Notes: a model not told the origin generated them from the letters alone. A stretch of DNA of 64,000 nt from Candidatus Bathyarchaeota archaeon (GCA_963697165.1 CAVOMX010000014.1:69140-133139); one strand, 5' to 3'; shown: positions 31,877 to 42,089, counted from the stretch's first letter. Translations and numbers: made by a program.

Positions 31877-32914
31877 TCACAGTATTTCAACATCAAACTC
31901 GTCTTTAATAAACAGTATCGCTTCCGTGGAGGTTAGCAGATGGTCTTTTCCGATTTTACACTTGGTACGATGTCTACGCTTAACACGATACCCTGCTCTA
32001 CCAAGGGAAACCGAGACATCCATACCGTGGATGCCAAGTTCAGGCACGTATTTGGTGCCGGGAATGTCTATATGCTCCTTGATTCCAAAGGAAAAGTTGC
32101 CTTGACGGTCAAAACAGTATTTTGAAAGCTTCTTTTCGACGGCATACAAAGCTTTTTTGAGGAATTCTTCTGCTTTTTCGTCTCGAAGAGTTACTAGGCA
32201 CGCTATGGATTCCCCTTTTCTGATACCAAATTCACGTATGGTCTTTTTGGCTTTCCTTTTGGATGGATTTTGGTTTGTTAGTTGTTTTATAACGGTCACA
32301 GCCTGTTCCAGAGGTGCTCCAGACTTTCCAACCGACATGTTGACAGTTACCTTTTCAATTATAGGCTTAAGCATGGGGTTTCCAGTCCATTCTTTGCGTG
32401 GCGGTCTAGCTACTTTAGGCGTTACTTTCGCCTCTGTTGCTGCCTCTTTCTCAACAGACGGAATCTTTGTTTCTGCCACAGGCGTTTGTTTGGTAGGAGT
32501 AACAGCAGGCTCAGATGCCTTCTCTTTCGGCACCACTTTCTCTTCTACTTTCTTCTCCGCCACAGGCTTCGCTGCAACAACAGGCTTCGCTGCAACAACA
32601 GGTTTCGCTGCAACAACAGGTTTCGCTGCAACAACAGGTTTCGCTGCAACAACAGGTTTCGCTGCAACAACAGGTTTCGCTGCAACAACAGGTTTCGCTG
32701 CAACAACAGGTTTCGCTGCAACAACAGGTTTCGCTGCAACAACAGGTTTCGCTGCAACAACAGGTTTCGCTGCAACAACAGGTTTCGCTTCGGTCTTAAT
32801 TTCCTTCTTTTCCGCTAGAACTTTTGGTTTAACATCAGGAACCATTGCTTCTTCAACTTTCTTTGCAGTGACTGCCTTCTTCTCCACAGGAGGAGCCGCT
32901 TTCTTTTCTGCCAT
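31877..32914 (-). CDS. rpl5: Ribosomal protein uL5 with ~175-aa low-complexity N-terminal extension
   Basis: uL5 core NPML...IEKVTVN...FGIRKG...GNFSFGI; N-terminal K/E/A/P/V-rich region. Confidence 0.95.
   Translation of the reverse strand: MAEKKAAPPVEKKAVTAKKVEEAMVPDVKPKVLAEKKEIKTEAKPVVAAKPVVAAKPVVAAKPVVAAKPVVAAKPVVAAKPVVAAKPVVAAKPVVAAKPVVAAKPVVAAKPVVAAKPVAEKKVEEKVVPKEKASEPAVTPTKQTPVAETKIPSVEKEAATEAKVTPKVARPPRKEWTGNPMLKPIIEKVTVNMSVGKSGAPLEQAVTVIKQLTNQNPSKRKAKKTIREFGIRKGESIACLVTLRDEKAEEFLKKALYAVEKKLSKYCFDRQGNFSFGIKEHIDIPGTKYVPELGIHGMDVSVSLGRAGYRVKRRHRTKCKIGKDHLLTSTEAILFIKDEFDVEIL
32562..32789 (-). repeat. 18-bp tandem repeat, 12 full units + partial (KPVVAA)n inside uL5
   Basis: Plus-strand unit ACAGGYTTCGCTGCAACA, nearly perfect copies. 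Confidence 0.97.
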
Positions 32915-32916
32915 TT

Positions 32917-33675
32917 TTAATCTGCCTCCGGTAGGGATATTAAAGGTTCAGTTTCGCCCAAAATGAAAACGAAATCAAGGATTGTTTGGAATTGATCTCC
33001 ATTTACGTTTTTGAGAGTGACAAGTAGATCTCTACGTTTTTTATTTGGCTTCTTTTCGATGGAAATAATCTTGCCAATCTGGCCAATGTTTTTTCCGCCG
33101 ATTACTATTGCAGGTGCTCCTACAGTTAACTTTGTGTAATCAATAATCTCTCTATCAGTGACGCTAAGCTTTAGGACATCAAGAGTGTGATAGATGTCTT
33201 CCTCTGCATTCTGAGGATTGTCCACAGCAATCAGGAAGTTTGATCCGTCATGAAGATTGAGCTGTATATTTCCACCGTTTACGACGGTTTTGTCTTCTAT
33301 TCTCCAGAGCTTGAAAACAGCATCATCAGAGCCAATTGGATGAAGAAAGAGACCCTTCCCAGAGGGCAATACCCGATAAGACTTCTTAGTGTCAACTATT
33401 GAGATGACATCCATCAAACCGACAAGAAAACGCTCGTCTCGTCTAACTTTTCCGTCAACCATTATCTTTCCTTTAGAAATTATGTTCTTGGCTTCCTTAC
33501 CAGTTTTGGCGAATCCAAGAATATCCCGTACAATAAGGGCTAGCGGTAAAGAACGTGAAAGGGAATGTGGACCAGGCTTTGGCATAACAGTCCAAACAGC
33601 TTCCTTTCTATGAATAGGCCACATCTTTGGCGCAGGTTTCCTCTTCAAATGTCCGCTTTCGCCTTTTCTTCCCAA
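32917..33675 (-). CDS. rps4e: Ribosomal protein eS4
   Basis: HLKR..AP..WPI.RK, PGPH, VGLMDV. Confidence 0.96.
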   Translation of the reverse strand: MGRKGESGHLKRKPAPKMWPIHRKEAVWTVMPKPGPHSLSRSLPLALIVRDILGFAKTGKEAKNIISKGKIMVDGKVRRDERFLVGLMDVISIVDTKKSYRVLPSGKGLFLHPIGSDDAVFKLWRIEDKTVVNGGNIQLNLHDGSNFLIAVDNPQNAEEDIYHTLDVLKLSVTDREIIDYTKLTVGAPAIVIGGKNIGQIGKIISIEKKPNKKRRDLLVTLKNVNGDQFQTILDFVFILGETEPLISLPEAD

Positions 33676-33676
33676 C

Positions 33677-34132
33677 TTATGTTCCTCCAGATTGTTTAGT
33701 TACTTTACTTGTCTTTTTCTTCTTTTTTGCTTCTTTTTTCGGAGGCTCTTTTTTGGCGATTTCAGATTTCTCGCTTACAGCCTTTCTTTCCAGAGTCTTT
33801 TTTCGCCATTTGTCATCAAGATTTAGGCGCGTTATCATTACCTTTGAAGGATGAACATGAACAGGGATCGAAGTTCCATCCACCTTCTCACGAGTCGCTC
33901 CTTCAACGAATATCCTATAATTTTTCCGATCAATCTGGGTTATCTTTCCTTCTGAACCCTTACGGTCTCCCCTCATGATCATAACAGTGTCGCCGTTTCT
34001 CACCTGAACCGAATTGGTGCCGTGAGACTCCTTCAATTTAGATGAAAGAGGCGCAGAGAATCGTCTGTATCGCTCGGTAACAGGAGCCTGATACATCCTT
34101 TTTCTCTGTTTAGTAGGTTTTGTTGTCTTCAT
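33677..34132 (-). CDS. rpl24: Ribosomal protein uL24
   Basis: KPTKQRK, GDTVMIMRG, HPSKVMI; Lys-rich tail. Confidence 0.96.
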   Translation of the reverse strand: MKTTKPTKQRKRMYQAPVTERYRRFSAPLSSKLKESHGTNSVQVRNGDTVMIMRGDRKGSEGKITQIDRKNYRIFVEGATREKVDGTSIPVHVHPSKVMITRLNLDDKWRKKTLERKAVSEKSEIAKKEPPKKEAKKKKKTSKVTKQSGGT

Positions 34133-34144
34133 CTGTTAAATCTC

Positions 34145-34594
34145 CTATACGATAATACTGGCAGCGCTGGCGACTCTAGGCCACTTCTCTGCTGCCTCCT
34201 TCGCAATGGGTCCCCGAATCTCTGAGCCACGCATTTCGCCCTCAGGGGTCATTATTACAGCGGCATTATCTTCGAATTGGACCCAGACTCCGTCAACACG
34301 CCGGAACGGCTTTTTCTGCCGGACCACAACGGCGTGAAAGATTTTTTTCCTCAGGTCGGGTGTACCTTTTCTGATTGAAACGGTGATCAGGTCTCCAACA
34401 GAAGCTGACGGAACACGTCTTAATCGTCCATGGTATCCCATAACTTGAATTAGCCGAATTTCTCTTGCACCAGAGTTGTCTGCACATTTCAAGATGGAGC
34501 CGTTTGGTAATCCTCGAGAAATTTTTGGCTTCTGACCTACGACGCCTTTCGCCATAAATGCTCGAGACTTAGCTCTTGCTGCCACTAGAAGCAT
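34145..34594 (-). CDS. rpl14: Ribosomal protein uL14
   Basis: [26 protein letters not shown]. Confidence 0.97.
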   Translation of the reverse strand: MLLVAARAKSRAFMAKGVVGQKPKISRGLPNGSILKCADNSGAREIRLIQVMGYHGRLRRVPSASVGDLITVSIRKGTPDLRKKIFHAVVVRQKKPFRRVDGVWVQFEDNAAVIMTPEGEMRGSEIRGPIAKEAAEKWPRVASAASIIV

Positions 34595-34907
34595 CCTCCA
34601 GTTTTTCGATTACAACGAACGATACGGTTTTGCTTAATGGACGGCACTCTGCTAATTTCACTTTGTCTCCTGCTTTGATTTCTAGGCAGGGAGGACTGTG
34701 TGCAGGTACGTTGCCGCGTCTTCGTTCGTATCTTTTGTATTTTGGTACATAATTTAGGTAGTCACGGCGGACTATGATGGTTTTTTCCATCTTGTTGCTG
34801 ACTACAATACCTTCCAGTGCGTGTCCCCTTAGGGAAAGGGTTCCGTGAAAGGGACAATCTATATCGTCACATGTTTTCTTTGGTTTTTTTGCAGTAAGGG
34901 ATGACAT
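34569..34907 (-). CDS. rps17: Ribosomal protein uS17
   Basis: [21 protein letters not shown]. Confidence 0.97.
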   Translation of the reverse strand: MSSLTAKKPKKTCDDIDCPFHGTLSLRGHALEGIVVSNKMEKTIIVRRDYLNYVPKYKRYERRRGNVPAHSPPCLEIKAGDKVKLAECRPLSKTVSFVVIEKLEDASSGSKS

Positions 34908-35189
34908 TTACCATAGCCTCCTAGGTCGTTTCTTAAGTCGATCTTCAGGTCGCCCAATTATGACTTTGCCGTCCATCTCTACAACCGTTCCATCTGGCAA
35001 GACAAAATCAAAAACCGAAGTTTCCTTGACGATGACTCTTTTCTTGTTATCTCGTAGGATCGTAAATGTGTTTCGGGTTTCGTCTACTACTATACCCGTG
35101 ATTCCCACTATATCAGGGTTTGAACTGTTAACCACCGTAGTTTCGAGGCCAATGAATTCATCCTGAACTATGCTTGGAGTTACAGTCAT
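34908..35189 (-). CDS. rnp1: RNase P protein component 1 (Rpp29)
   Basis: EFIGL, GIVVDETRNT, GRPEDRLK. Confidence 0.93.
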   Translation of the reverse strand: MTVTPSIVQDEFIGLETTVVNSSNPDIVGITGIVVDETRNTFTILRDNKKRVIVKETSVFDFVLPDGTVVEMDGKVIIGRPEDRLKKRPRRLW

Positions 35190-35401
35190 TTCTTTTCGTT
35201 CCCCCGTTTTACTTCTGTTTCGATTGTTAGTAAACGAGCAACGGTTTTACGTAATTCACGTATTTGAGTGGGGTTGTCTATGGCACCGCCTGCCGCAACC
35301 ATTGTTTTCAATCTTGCGAGTTCTGTGCGTAACTCGTTTATCTTTTCTGTCCGTTGATCAGAAGACATTTCGCGGATGTCTTTTAACCGTAAGATAGCCA
35401 T
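35186..35401 (-). CDS. rpl29: Ribosomal protein uL29
   Basis: IREMS...ELRTEL...IRELRKTVARLLT. Confidence 0.95.
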   Translation of the reverse strand: MAILRLKDIREMSSDQRTEKINELRTELARLKTMVAAGGAIDNPTQIRELRKTVARLLTIETEVKRGNEKK

Positions 35402-35427
35402 CTTATTCGCCTACCTCTTTCTTTTCT

Positions 35428-36507
35428 TCAGTTGCAGATTCTTTTGTTTCGGCTACCTTCTTCTCTGTTGCAGGCTGCTTCTTTGGCAGGAGCAACAGCA
35501 GGCTCAGATGCCTTCTCTTTCGGCACCACTGTCTCTTCTACTTTCTTCTCCGCCACAGGTTTCTCTACAGGATTAGCCTCTGTCTTAACTTCCTTCGTTT
35601 CTGTTACAACTTTTGGTTCAGCAACAGCAACCACTGCTTTTTCAACTTTCTTTTCAGTTACAGCCTTCTCCACAGAAACAACTGGTTTTTCTTCAGTTAC
35701 GGCTTTGTCTTCAGCAGAAGGAACAGCTGTTTTGACTGCTTTCTCGACAGACTTTGTCATTTCTGTAGAAGAAGGAACTGTAGATTCAGGTGCAGGTTCT
35801 TCAACTACCGCTGTTTCTTCAACAAGAGAAACCGCTGGTTCAGCTATTTTTTCTTCGGTTACTGCTGATTCCTCAACTATTTCTCTTTCTGATGTGCGTT
35901 CAACTTCTTCTTCAACCACTTGAACTTTTATTTGGTCTGGAAACTGTGCATCAGGAGGAAGTAGACTCACTCTTACACCCAAGGTTCCAGGTTTCAGTTG
36001 GACGTGTAACTCCGCTTTTCTAAGGTATTTTCTTGGAGGTTCCCCACTTTTAGGCAAGTAGCCTTCGCTGAATTTTTCGTAGCGAGCACGGTCAGTCCGT
36101 AACTTACCGCTTATGATAATTTCTATTCCCAGTGCTCCTGCTTCCATAGCCTGAGTTAGTCCCCAGAATCCGGCTCTTCGATAGTGAATTCCCCGTTTCA
36201 AGGCTGAGGAAATCCGCGAAGCAACAACGTATGCGTTGAGTTCTGGGACTTCGATTTCAGCCACCGAAATTTGTGGACTGGGAAGCTGGAACTTTTCTTC
36301 AAGGACGGTAGCGAGCGCTCTTATGGTTTCGCCGCCTCGTCCGATTACTAGACCGGGGCGCATGGTGTACACGACTAAGTGTGTTCCCAGAGGGGTTTTT
36401 GTGATGCTTACGCCGCCGTATCCTGCTCTCTCGAATTCATTCCGTAAAAATTCGTCAATCTCTGTCCTCTTTATTGAATCTTCTATAAAATGTTTAACTA
36501 CTGACAC
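35428..36507 (-). CDS. rps3: Ribosomal protein uS3 with ~165-aa low-complexity C-terminal extension
   Basis: RPGLVIGRGG, ISGKL; E/K/A/V/P-rich tail whose last ~15 codons appear frameshifted. Confidence 0.95.
   Translation of the reverse strand: MSVVKHFIEDSIKRTEIDEFLRNEFERAGYGGVSITKTPLGTHLVVYTMRPGLVIGRGGETIRALATVLEEKFQLPSPQISVAEIEVPELNAYVVASRISSALKRGIHYRRAGFWGLTQAMEAGALGIEIIISGKLRTDRARYEKFSEGYLPKSGEPPRKYLRKAELHVQLKPGTLGVRVSLLPPDAQFPDQIKVQVVEEEVERTSEREIVEESAVTEEKIAEPAVSLVEETAVVEEPAPESTVPSSTEMTKSVEKAVKTAVPSAEDKAVTEEKPVVSVEKAVTEKKVEKAVVAVAEPKVVTETKEVKTEANPVEKPVAEKKVEETVVPKEKASEPAVAPAKEAACNREEGSRNKRICN
35494..35559. repeat. 66-bp block shared with 32501-32566 (uS3 tail / uL5 head)
   Basis: 65/66 identical by direct comparison. 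Confidence 0.95.
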
Positions 36508-36509
36508 GT

Positions 36510-36980
36510 TTAGTTTCCTTCCATCTCTTCCAAAACAAGCTCTACATGAGAAAGAGTGTTAAATCGCGGTGATGATTTCCCGAAGGCTCGGGGAATGAAA
36601 CGTTTTATCTTCATTCCAGGGTAAGCTGAGGCATGTATTATTCGTAGTCGTTCCATTTCAAGTCCTTTATATTCGGCGTTTGCTTCAGCGCCTTCAAGCA
36701 CCATTAAAATGTGTTGTGCAGCTTTAACAGGGTATCTGCCAGAGAAGCCCTTTTCTAAGCCATGGCGATGTCCTACTTTTTTGTTAAATCTCCGGAATGG
36801 AACAGGTTTTTTCTTCAGGATAACTTGACGAAGGTAGTCTTTGGCTTGACCGAGTTTCATTCCTTTTATGGTATTACACACTTCTCGCGCGTGTTTGGGT
36901 GACACTCTCATTTCGCGTCCGCTAGCTTTTGCTGTCTTCTCTAGATTCATATCGGTTATTGAGTATCCCCATTTTGTCAT
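36510..36980 (-). CDS. rpl22: Ribosomal protein uL22
   Basis: RVSPKHAREVC, GRYPVKAA, PRAFG. Confidence 0.97.
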   Translation of the reverse strand: MTKWGYSITDMNLEKTAKASGREMRVSPKHAREVCNTIKGMKLGQAKDYLRQVILKKKPVPFRRFNKKVGHRHGLEKGFSGRYPVKAAQHILMVLEGAEANAEYKGLEMERLRIIHASAYPGMKIKRFIPRAFGKSSPRFNTLSHVELVLEEMEGN

Positions 36981-37324
36981 ATCTATCGTCCAAGTCAGTA
37001 ACCAGCAGGATATTTAAGCCTTTATGGCGAAGGGAAACAATTTGGCACTCAAAAACCGTCACAAAAGAATTGAAAATAATGGTTTCAAAGTATAGGCATG
37101 TACTTCAATTGTGTAACAGAAGCTTAAGGCTTTAAAGTGCTAGAAGATTGAGGCGATTCAGGGGGTTATGAAGGTAACGAAATATATCTATATATTGCGT
37201 TTAGGTTTTATTTACATCAGAAAGGCAGACAAAACTCTGTACATTCTGAGGGTGTAGAAACGGGTCTGGAAGACTTTAGTGGAATAGTGTGTAAAAGTTT
37301 GAAGATAGTAAGGTGTGAGATACT

Positions 37325-38338
37325 TTGATGGTTCAGAAGCAGGTGGTAGAGGCTTTGATGAAGCCTGAGGCTTACGGGGAAGAAATGGGGGAAATTGAAT
37401 TGAAACAAACCCACATTTCATTTGTTTTCTTAACCAGAAATTTTGTTTACAAGGTTAAAAAGGCTGTAGATTTTGGGTTTCTAGATTTTTCGACTCTTGA
37501 GAAGAGGCGTTTCTTTTGCGAGAAAGAGTTGGAGCTAAACAGGCGGTTATGTGGAGGCATGTATCTGGAGGTTGTTCCCGTCAATAAATCAGCAGCAGAT
37601 GTTATCAAAGTAAACGGTGAAGGAGAAATCATCGAATACGCCGTGAAGATGAAAAGAATTCCTGAAGAAAAGATAATGACTCGGCTTCTTGAAGAAGGCA
37701 AAGTTGACAAAAGTCTTGTTGATAAAATGGCGAAGATTATCGCTGAATTTCACTTGAAGGCAAGAACAAGCAATAGAATTTGCGAGTTTGGGTCATTGTC
37801 TATGATAGAGACGAACTGGCGAGAGAATTTTGAGCAAACCGAGAAGTTCGTCGGCGAAACGATATCTCCGGAAGGTTACAGGTTAATCCGTGAAAGAGTA
37901 GACGAGTTTATGCGGGAAAATGTGGCTTTTTTTGCGAAGAGAGTAGAGGATAACAGAATCAGAGAGTGCCATGGGGATGTTCATTCGGGTAACATCTTTG
38001 TTGCGGATAAGATTTACATTTTTGATGCGATAGAATTTAACGAAAGATTCAGGCATTGTGATGTTGCCTCGGAAATTGCTTTTTTAGCCATGGACTTGGA
38101 CTTTAAAGATCGAAGTGACTTGTCTAGCTTTTTTGTTGAAAAATATGTTCAGTATTCTGGAGACAATGAGTTAGTGAGAATTCTTCAGTTCTACAAGTGT
38201 TACCGAGCGTATGTTCGCGGAAAGGTTATCAGTTTTAAATTAAACGACCCCACCGTGGGTATCAAAGAGAAGAGTGATGCAAAGAGAAGGGCCGGGGCTT
38301 ATTTTGAGTTGGCTGCAGAGTATGCTAAACAGTTTTGA
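37325..38338 (+). CDS. Aminoglycoside-phosphotransferase-like kinase (COG2187-type N-terminal domain only)
   Basis: QTHISFVFL, YKVKK.VDFGFLDFST, ECHGD.H..NI, DAIEFN, YRAYVRGKV. Confidence 0.88.
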   Translation: MMVQKQVVEALMKPEAYGEEMGEIELKQTHISFVFLTRNFVYKVKKAVDFGFLDFSTLEKRRFFCEKELELNRRLCGGMYLEVVPVNKSAADVIKVNGEGEIIEYAVKMKRIPEEKIMTRLLEEGKVDKSLVDKMAKIIAEFHLKARTSNRICEFGSLSMIETNWRENFEQTEKFVGETISPEGYRLIRERVDEFMRENVAFFAKRVEDNRIRECHGDVHSGNIFVADKIYIFDAIEFNERFRHCDVASEIAFLAMDLDFKDRSDLSSFFVEKYVQYSGDNELVRILQFYKCYRAYVRGKVISFKLNDPTVGIKEKSDAKRRAGAYFELAAEYAKQF

Positions 38339-38354
38339 TTGTGAAAAGGAGGTT

Positions 38355-39227
38355 CTATTTGAGGAATTGTTGTGCCACAAAAGCGGGGACTTTAACTGTT
38401 CCCATGATGATGGGGTTCTGGTGGCAGTCGCTTCCTCCGGTCATGATTAGTCCGTGTTTTTTTGAAAAGTTTAGGTAATGGTTTGTTGTTTCTGTGGTGT
38501 TTCTGGAGTGCCAGCATTCTATACCATCAATGTAGGGTAGCATCGATTCTTTGATTATGGTTGTTTGTTCTTGTAGTGATTTGGTTAGTTTAGTGAGTGA
38601 TGTTCCGTATGGGTCGTTTGGGTGGGCTAACACGAATATTCCGCCAGCGTTTCTCAGCAAAATCGATGCTTCTTTGAGGTAAAGGGGATATTTGGGAACG
38701 TTGCATTTTAGGAGGTATTTTTCGAAGGCTTCTTTTCTGTCTGCGACGATTCCTTTGTTAATCATGTAGTCTGCTATGTGTGGTCTGCCTAGAGTGCCAT
38801 CGACGGAGTTTTGGATTTTGGTTAAGTCGTTTTTTGTGAAGTTTTTGTGTCCCTCTTTTTTGAATTCTGTGTTGAGGTTTTCTAGGATTTTTGCGGCTCG
38901 TTCTTCTCTGTATTGGCTGATTTGTTCTAGTTTTTTCTGTAATGGCTTGTTGTTTATGTCAAATTGGTAGCCTAGCAGGTCTAACGAGGTGGGTTTGCCG
39001 TTGTCGAAGTCTGGGTGCGAAAAGGATATGTTTAGTTCGATGCCGTAGATGTAGCTGATTTGGTTTTTTTTGGCTAGGTTCATGGCTTTTTTTTGGCAGT
39101 CAATCGAGTCGTGGTCGGTAATCGATATTAAGTTGATGTTTCTGGCTTTGGCTTCTCTGATGATTTCTTCTACAGTCAGGTTTCCATCAGAGCAGGTTTT
39201 TGAGTGAATATGCAAATCGATTAACAT
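38355..39227 (-). CDS. PHP-domain phosphoesterase (TrpH/YciV-like)
   Basis: DLHIHS..SDG, ITDHD, GRPH, LAHP, GGSDCH. Confidence 0.92.
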   Translation of the reverse strand: MLIDLHIHSKTCSDGNLTVEEIIREAKARNINLISITDHDSIDCQKKAMNLAKKNQISYIYGIELNISFSHPDFDNGKPTSLDLLGYQFDINNKPLQKKLEQISQYREERAAKILENLNTEFKKEGHKNFTKNDLTKIQNSVDGTLGRPHIADYMINKGIVADRKEAFEKYLLKCNVPKYPLYLKEASILLRNAGGIFVLAHPNDPYGTSLTKLTKSLQEQTTIIKESMLPYIDGIECWHSRNTTETTNHYLNFSKKHGLIMTGGSDCHQNPIIMGTVKVPAFVAQQFLK

Positions 39228-39242
39228 ACAGTCTAAGTCCGA

Positions 39243-39845
39243 TTATTTGACTTCTTTTCCGATGATGTACCAGTCTTTGGGATTGTCATTTTCTGTGTCA
39301 ACTGTTAGGTGGATTAGCTCAAGATTTGGGTGCCTCTCTTTCAGGTCGTCTAGGTTGACGGACTCAAACTTGTTCTTGTTGACGATGTAGGCTTCCTTGG
39401 TTAGGGCGTTAGATTCATAGTTTTCTTTGGTTCTCCGCAAAATTCGGTTAATGGATGCCTTTTCGGAGCAGTTGGTCTGGAGTATAACAAAGGGAATCTT
39501 GGTTTTTGCGGCGATCTCAGCGGCGCGTCCTCTTAGGTCACGGGTTACAAAGGTGGCGTCTAGGATTACGCCTTTGCCTTTTTTTGCAAGAGTTTCGGCT
39601 TGTCTAAACATTTCGTCGTAGACGAGTTGTCGTTTGTTCATGTTTCCTGCAACTTTTACGTCAAAGATGTCCTCGTTTTTTAGGACTTCTAGTCGGATTA
39701 TGTCGGTTCTGAGGATTGGGTAGCCTTTGATTTTTGAGATTTCTTGTGAGGTTTCTGTTTTCCAGGTTCCTGGAAGTCCACATGTGATTAATAGGATGTT
39801 GGAACTTAGTTGGGTTTTAACAAATTTGGCGAAAGGTTCCTTCAA
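39243..39845 (-). CDS. AAA_33 P-loop kinase (COG0645-type)
   Basis: CGLPGTWKT, LRTDIIR, VILDATF. Confidence 0.85.
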   Translation of the reverse strand: MKEPFAKFVKTQLSSNILLITCGLPGTWKTETSQEISKIKGYPILRTDIIRLEVLKNEDIFDVKVAGNMNKRQLVYDEMFRQAETLAKKGKGVILDATFVTRDLRGRAAEIAAKTKIPFVILQTNCSEKASINRILRRTKENYESNALTKEAYIVNKNKFESVNLDDLKERHPNLELIHLTVDTENDNPKDWYIIGKEVK

Positions 39846-40119
39846 TCTGGTGCACCCTGTAATTGTGGTGAAGTAATGAAAACATAAACTTTTGCATGAT
39901 GAACATGCTGTGTGGATATTACTGCTTTATGGTTTTTTGGAGGCACTGGTTATAAATAAATTCCACGATTCTGTTCTCTGATGCAGAACAGAGAAAACAG
40001 AGCGCACAATCTTAGGTTTTGTCTTTGTTTGTTTGGGCTTGCTTAGTGTCGTTCATCATCTTCTAATCAGCGGCAGACTCTGACTTGGACGATGTGCTTA
40101 ATCACGAATTATTTGAGGG

Positions 40120-40255
40120 AATACTTCTCACATCTAAAATTATTAGGTTTGGATAACTACCCATCAATAATCATATTTCGGGCAGTAACCACAGCCATAT
40201 TTGAAGGCATACTATCAACCATCTTTACTGAGATTAAAAAAATATGTCCGAGAAT
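40120..40255 (-). pseudogene. Truncated rhodanese remnant (paralog of 44249-44605)
   Basis: MVDSMPSNMAVVTARNMIIDG/SYPNLIILDVRS versus MIDNMPYTDIDAITTHNMITDDNYPNIVILDVRT. Confidence 0.7.
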
Positions 40256-40328
40256 AAAATTGTTAGTGAAAGAATATTGAATAATTAAAAGGGATTATTT
40301 TACTGCTTAGTATATAAACAAATTTTAT

Positions 40329-40480
40329 TTTGACAAATGATTGAGCCGGAAGTTCCTGAAAGTGTTATCGCTTTTATTCAGTGAAGAGTTCCCCGTAGCA
40401 TTGTAGGGCGGAATTAAGCAGATTATTCTCCAGAGAAACTTGAACAGATTTATAAAAAAGCAAACTTGAAAATCCTATGT
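40329..40480 (+). repeat. Integrase 3'-end remnant (copy 1)
   Basis: MIEPEVPESVIAFIQ*RVPRSIVGRN*ADYSPEKLEQIYKKANLKIL. Confidence 0.9.
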
Positions 40481-40613
40481 TTTTCTCAGATTTCATTGTA
40501 TTTAAATAATTAAAAAAAGGTATTATACAAATTTCAAACACATATCGAATTACGTAATAACAGATATATTAAGACTTAAGTTATATAGCATGTTGAGAGG
40601 ACTGTGTTAGGTT

Positions 40614-40823
40614 ATGCATATTCGAAAAAATAAAACCGTTTTTAGGGAACGAAAAAAAGAAAACTTGGAATCCACCAAAGAAACAGTGAATAAAGAAAAA
40701 GTTTCAATGGCATGCTCTCACGCTTATGGATATTTGGCAGTTCGCCCTAAGAACTCTCCAATTCCTCAAGAATGTCTTTTCTGCCTGCAATTGATCGATT
40801 GCCTATACAACACTAAAAAATAA
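40614..40823 (+). CDS. Small Cys/His protein (CxHxxGYL...PIPxECxxC family)
   Basis: CSHAYGYL..RPKNSPIPQECLFC. Confidence 0.7.
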   Translation: MHIRKNKTVFRERKKENLESTKETVNKEKVSMACSHAYGYLAVRPKNSPIPQECLFCLQLIDCLYNTKK

Positions 40824-40963
40824 AAATTAGATATTCTTGAGTGCAATGAGCACGCATTGTTTTTCAAGGTTAAATAGGCTGAAACTGCCTCTAAGCAGAA
40901 ATTACTGAAGCAGTAAACAATAAACTCTAATAAGGATTATTTTAAATATGTAAAAGAACCAAA

Positions 40964-41248
40964 TTGCAGGATCAAGAAAAAAAATACACCTGCGAAAATC
41001 CCAAGTGTAAACATATTTTTGATACTCCAAAGTTAGTTCAGTACTATGCATGCCCTTTATGTTCAACTAAAGTAGCAAAGGAAACGATTGAACAGGGATG
41101 TTTACATTATTTTGGCTATCTTAGGGAACGTGAAAGTGGTGAACCTATACCAAGTGAATGTATAGAATGTAAAAAGAGTGTAGAATGTATGCTAACAAAT
41201 CTAACCTCAAAAGATGCGGTTGAAGAAATTCAGAAATGGTATAAATAA
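40964..41248 (+). CDS. Small Zn-ribbon + CxHYFGYL protein
   Basis: CENPKC...CPLC then CLHYFGYL...PIPSECIEC. Confidence 0.75.
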   Translation: MQDQEKKYTCENPKCKHIFDTPKLVQYYACPLCSTKVAKETIEQGCLHYFGYLRERESGEPIPSECIECKKSVECMLTNLTSKDAVEEIQKWYK

Positions 41249-41262
41249 GCAATGCGAGCGTG

Positions 41263-41368
41263 TTTTGTAGGAGCCCCCCGCTGCATTTTAGGAACACATT
41301 ATAGGGATTATTCTCCATAACGATTGAAAAGAATAAACGAAAAGGCTAATATGAAGGTGTTAAGTTGA
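41263..41368 (+). repeat. Integrase 3'-end remnant (copy 2)
   Basis: PRCILGTHYRDYSP*RLKRINEKANMKVLS*. Confidence 0.88.
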
Positions 41369-42089
41369 GGTTTTTCTTCTTTTTTAACACTGAAATCAGA
41401 AGTGTCACTGTAACTATTGTAAATATAAAGACTGGTATAGTAAATTCAGGAACGTTCTCTATTCTATTGGATTCGATTATTACCAATGATGCAGAAGCAT
41501 CCATAGAAGTTCCATTTACTAGAACGTCTGCCTCGAATGACAGTTCAGTGAGAACCCCCATTTCTTGATCCCAGAACATATCTACACTGAGATCGGAATA
41601 ATCTTCCCCTGAACTAAAATTATATGAATATACAAGATGGTTAGTTTCTCGAGAACCCCAATGATACATTTGAATTATGGTTTCATTTATTCTTTCATTA
41701 ATTTCTGATGCATAAAGCGAATCATTAGCATTCAAATCTGCTGAAACCAACCAATTCCTCAAATCTCCTTCACCAGTGATTAAATCTACCGAACCATTCT
41801 GGAAATGTTCTGTACCATTCTCAAAATGTACTGTAAACTGGCCTGTAACATTTATATCAGAAACATCCTGAATAGTTAGTGTAACCCATTCTCCCAGCAT
41901 AAAATCAGCAAAGGGAAAATCTTCAGAAGTCATATTTAATTCTGAATCCCATTGAAAACTAAAACCGTATTTGAACCAATCGCCTTCAGAAACGCCTGCT
42001 GTTCTAACTTGAGCAAAACCTAACTGGATGAGCAATGCAGTTGATAAAAGTAAAAAAAAATAAATCAAAAAGGATTTTTTCAATTTCAA
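41346..42089 (-). CDS. Secreted protein with PEF-CTERM-like sorting signal
   Basis: Signal peptide, GVSEGDWFKY, C-terminal VPEF + TM + KKKK. Confidence 0.8.
   Translation of the reverse strand: MKLKKSFLIYFFLLLSTALLIQLGFAQVRTAGVSEGDWFKYGFSFQWDSELNMTSEDFPFADFMLGEWVTLTIQDVSDINVTGQFTVHFENGTEHFQNGSVDLITGEGDLRNWLVSADLNANDSLYASEINERINETIIQMYHWGSRETNHLVYSYNFSSGEDYSDLSVDMFWDQEMGVLTELSFEADVLVNGTSMDASASLVIIESNRIENVPEFTIPVFIFTIVTVTLLISVLKKKKNLNLTPSY

Noticed and set aside
32562..32789. Possible CRISPR array
   Set aside because: Head-to-tail 18-mers with no spacers, in frame within uL5
32157..32966. Long + strand ORFs (TGFAAT, CNNRFR, LQQQVS repeats)
   Set aside because: Antisense/alternative-frame shadows of the uL5 minisatellite
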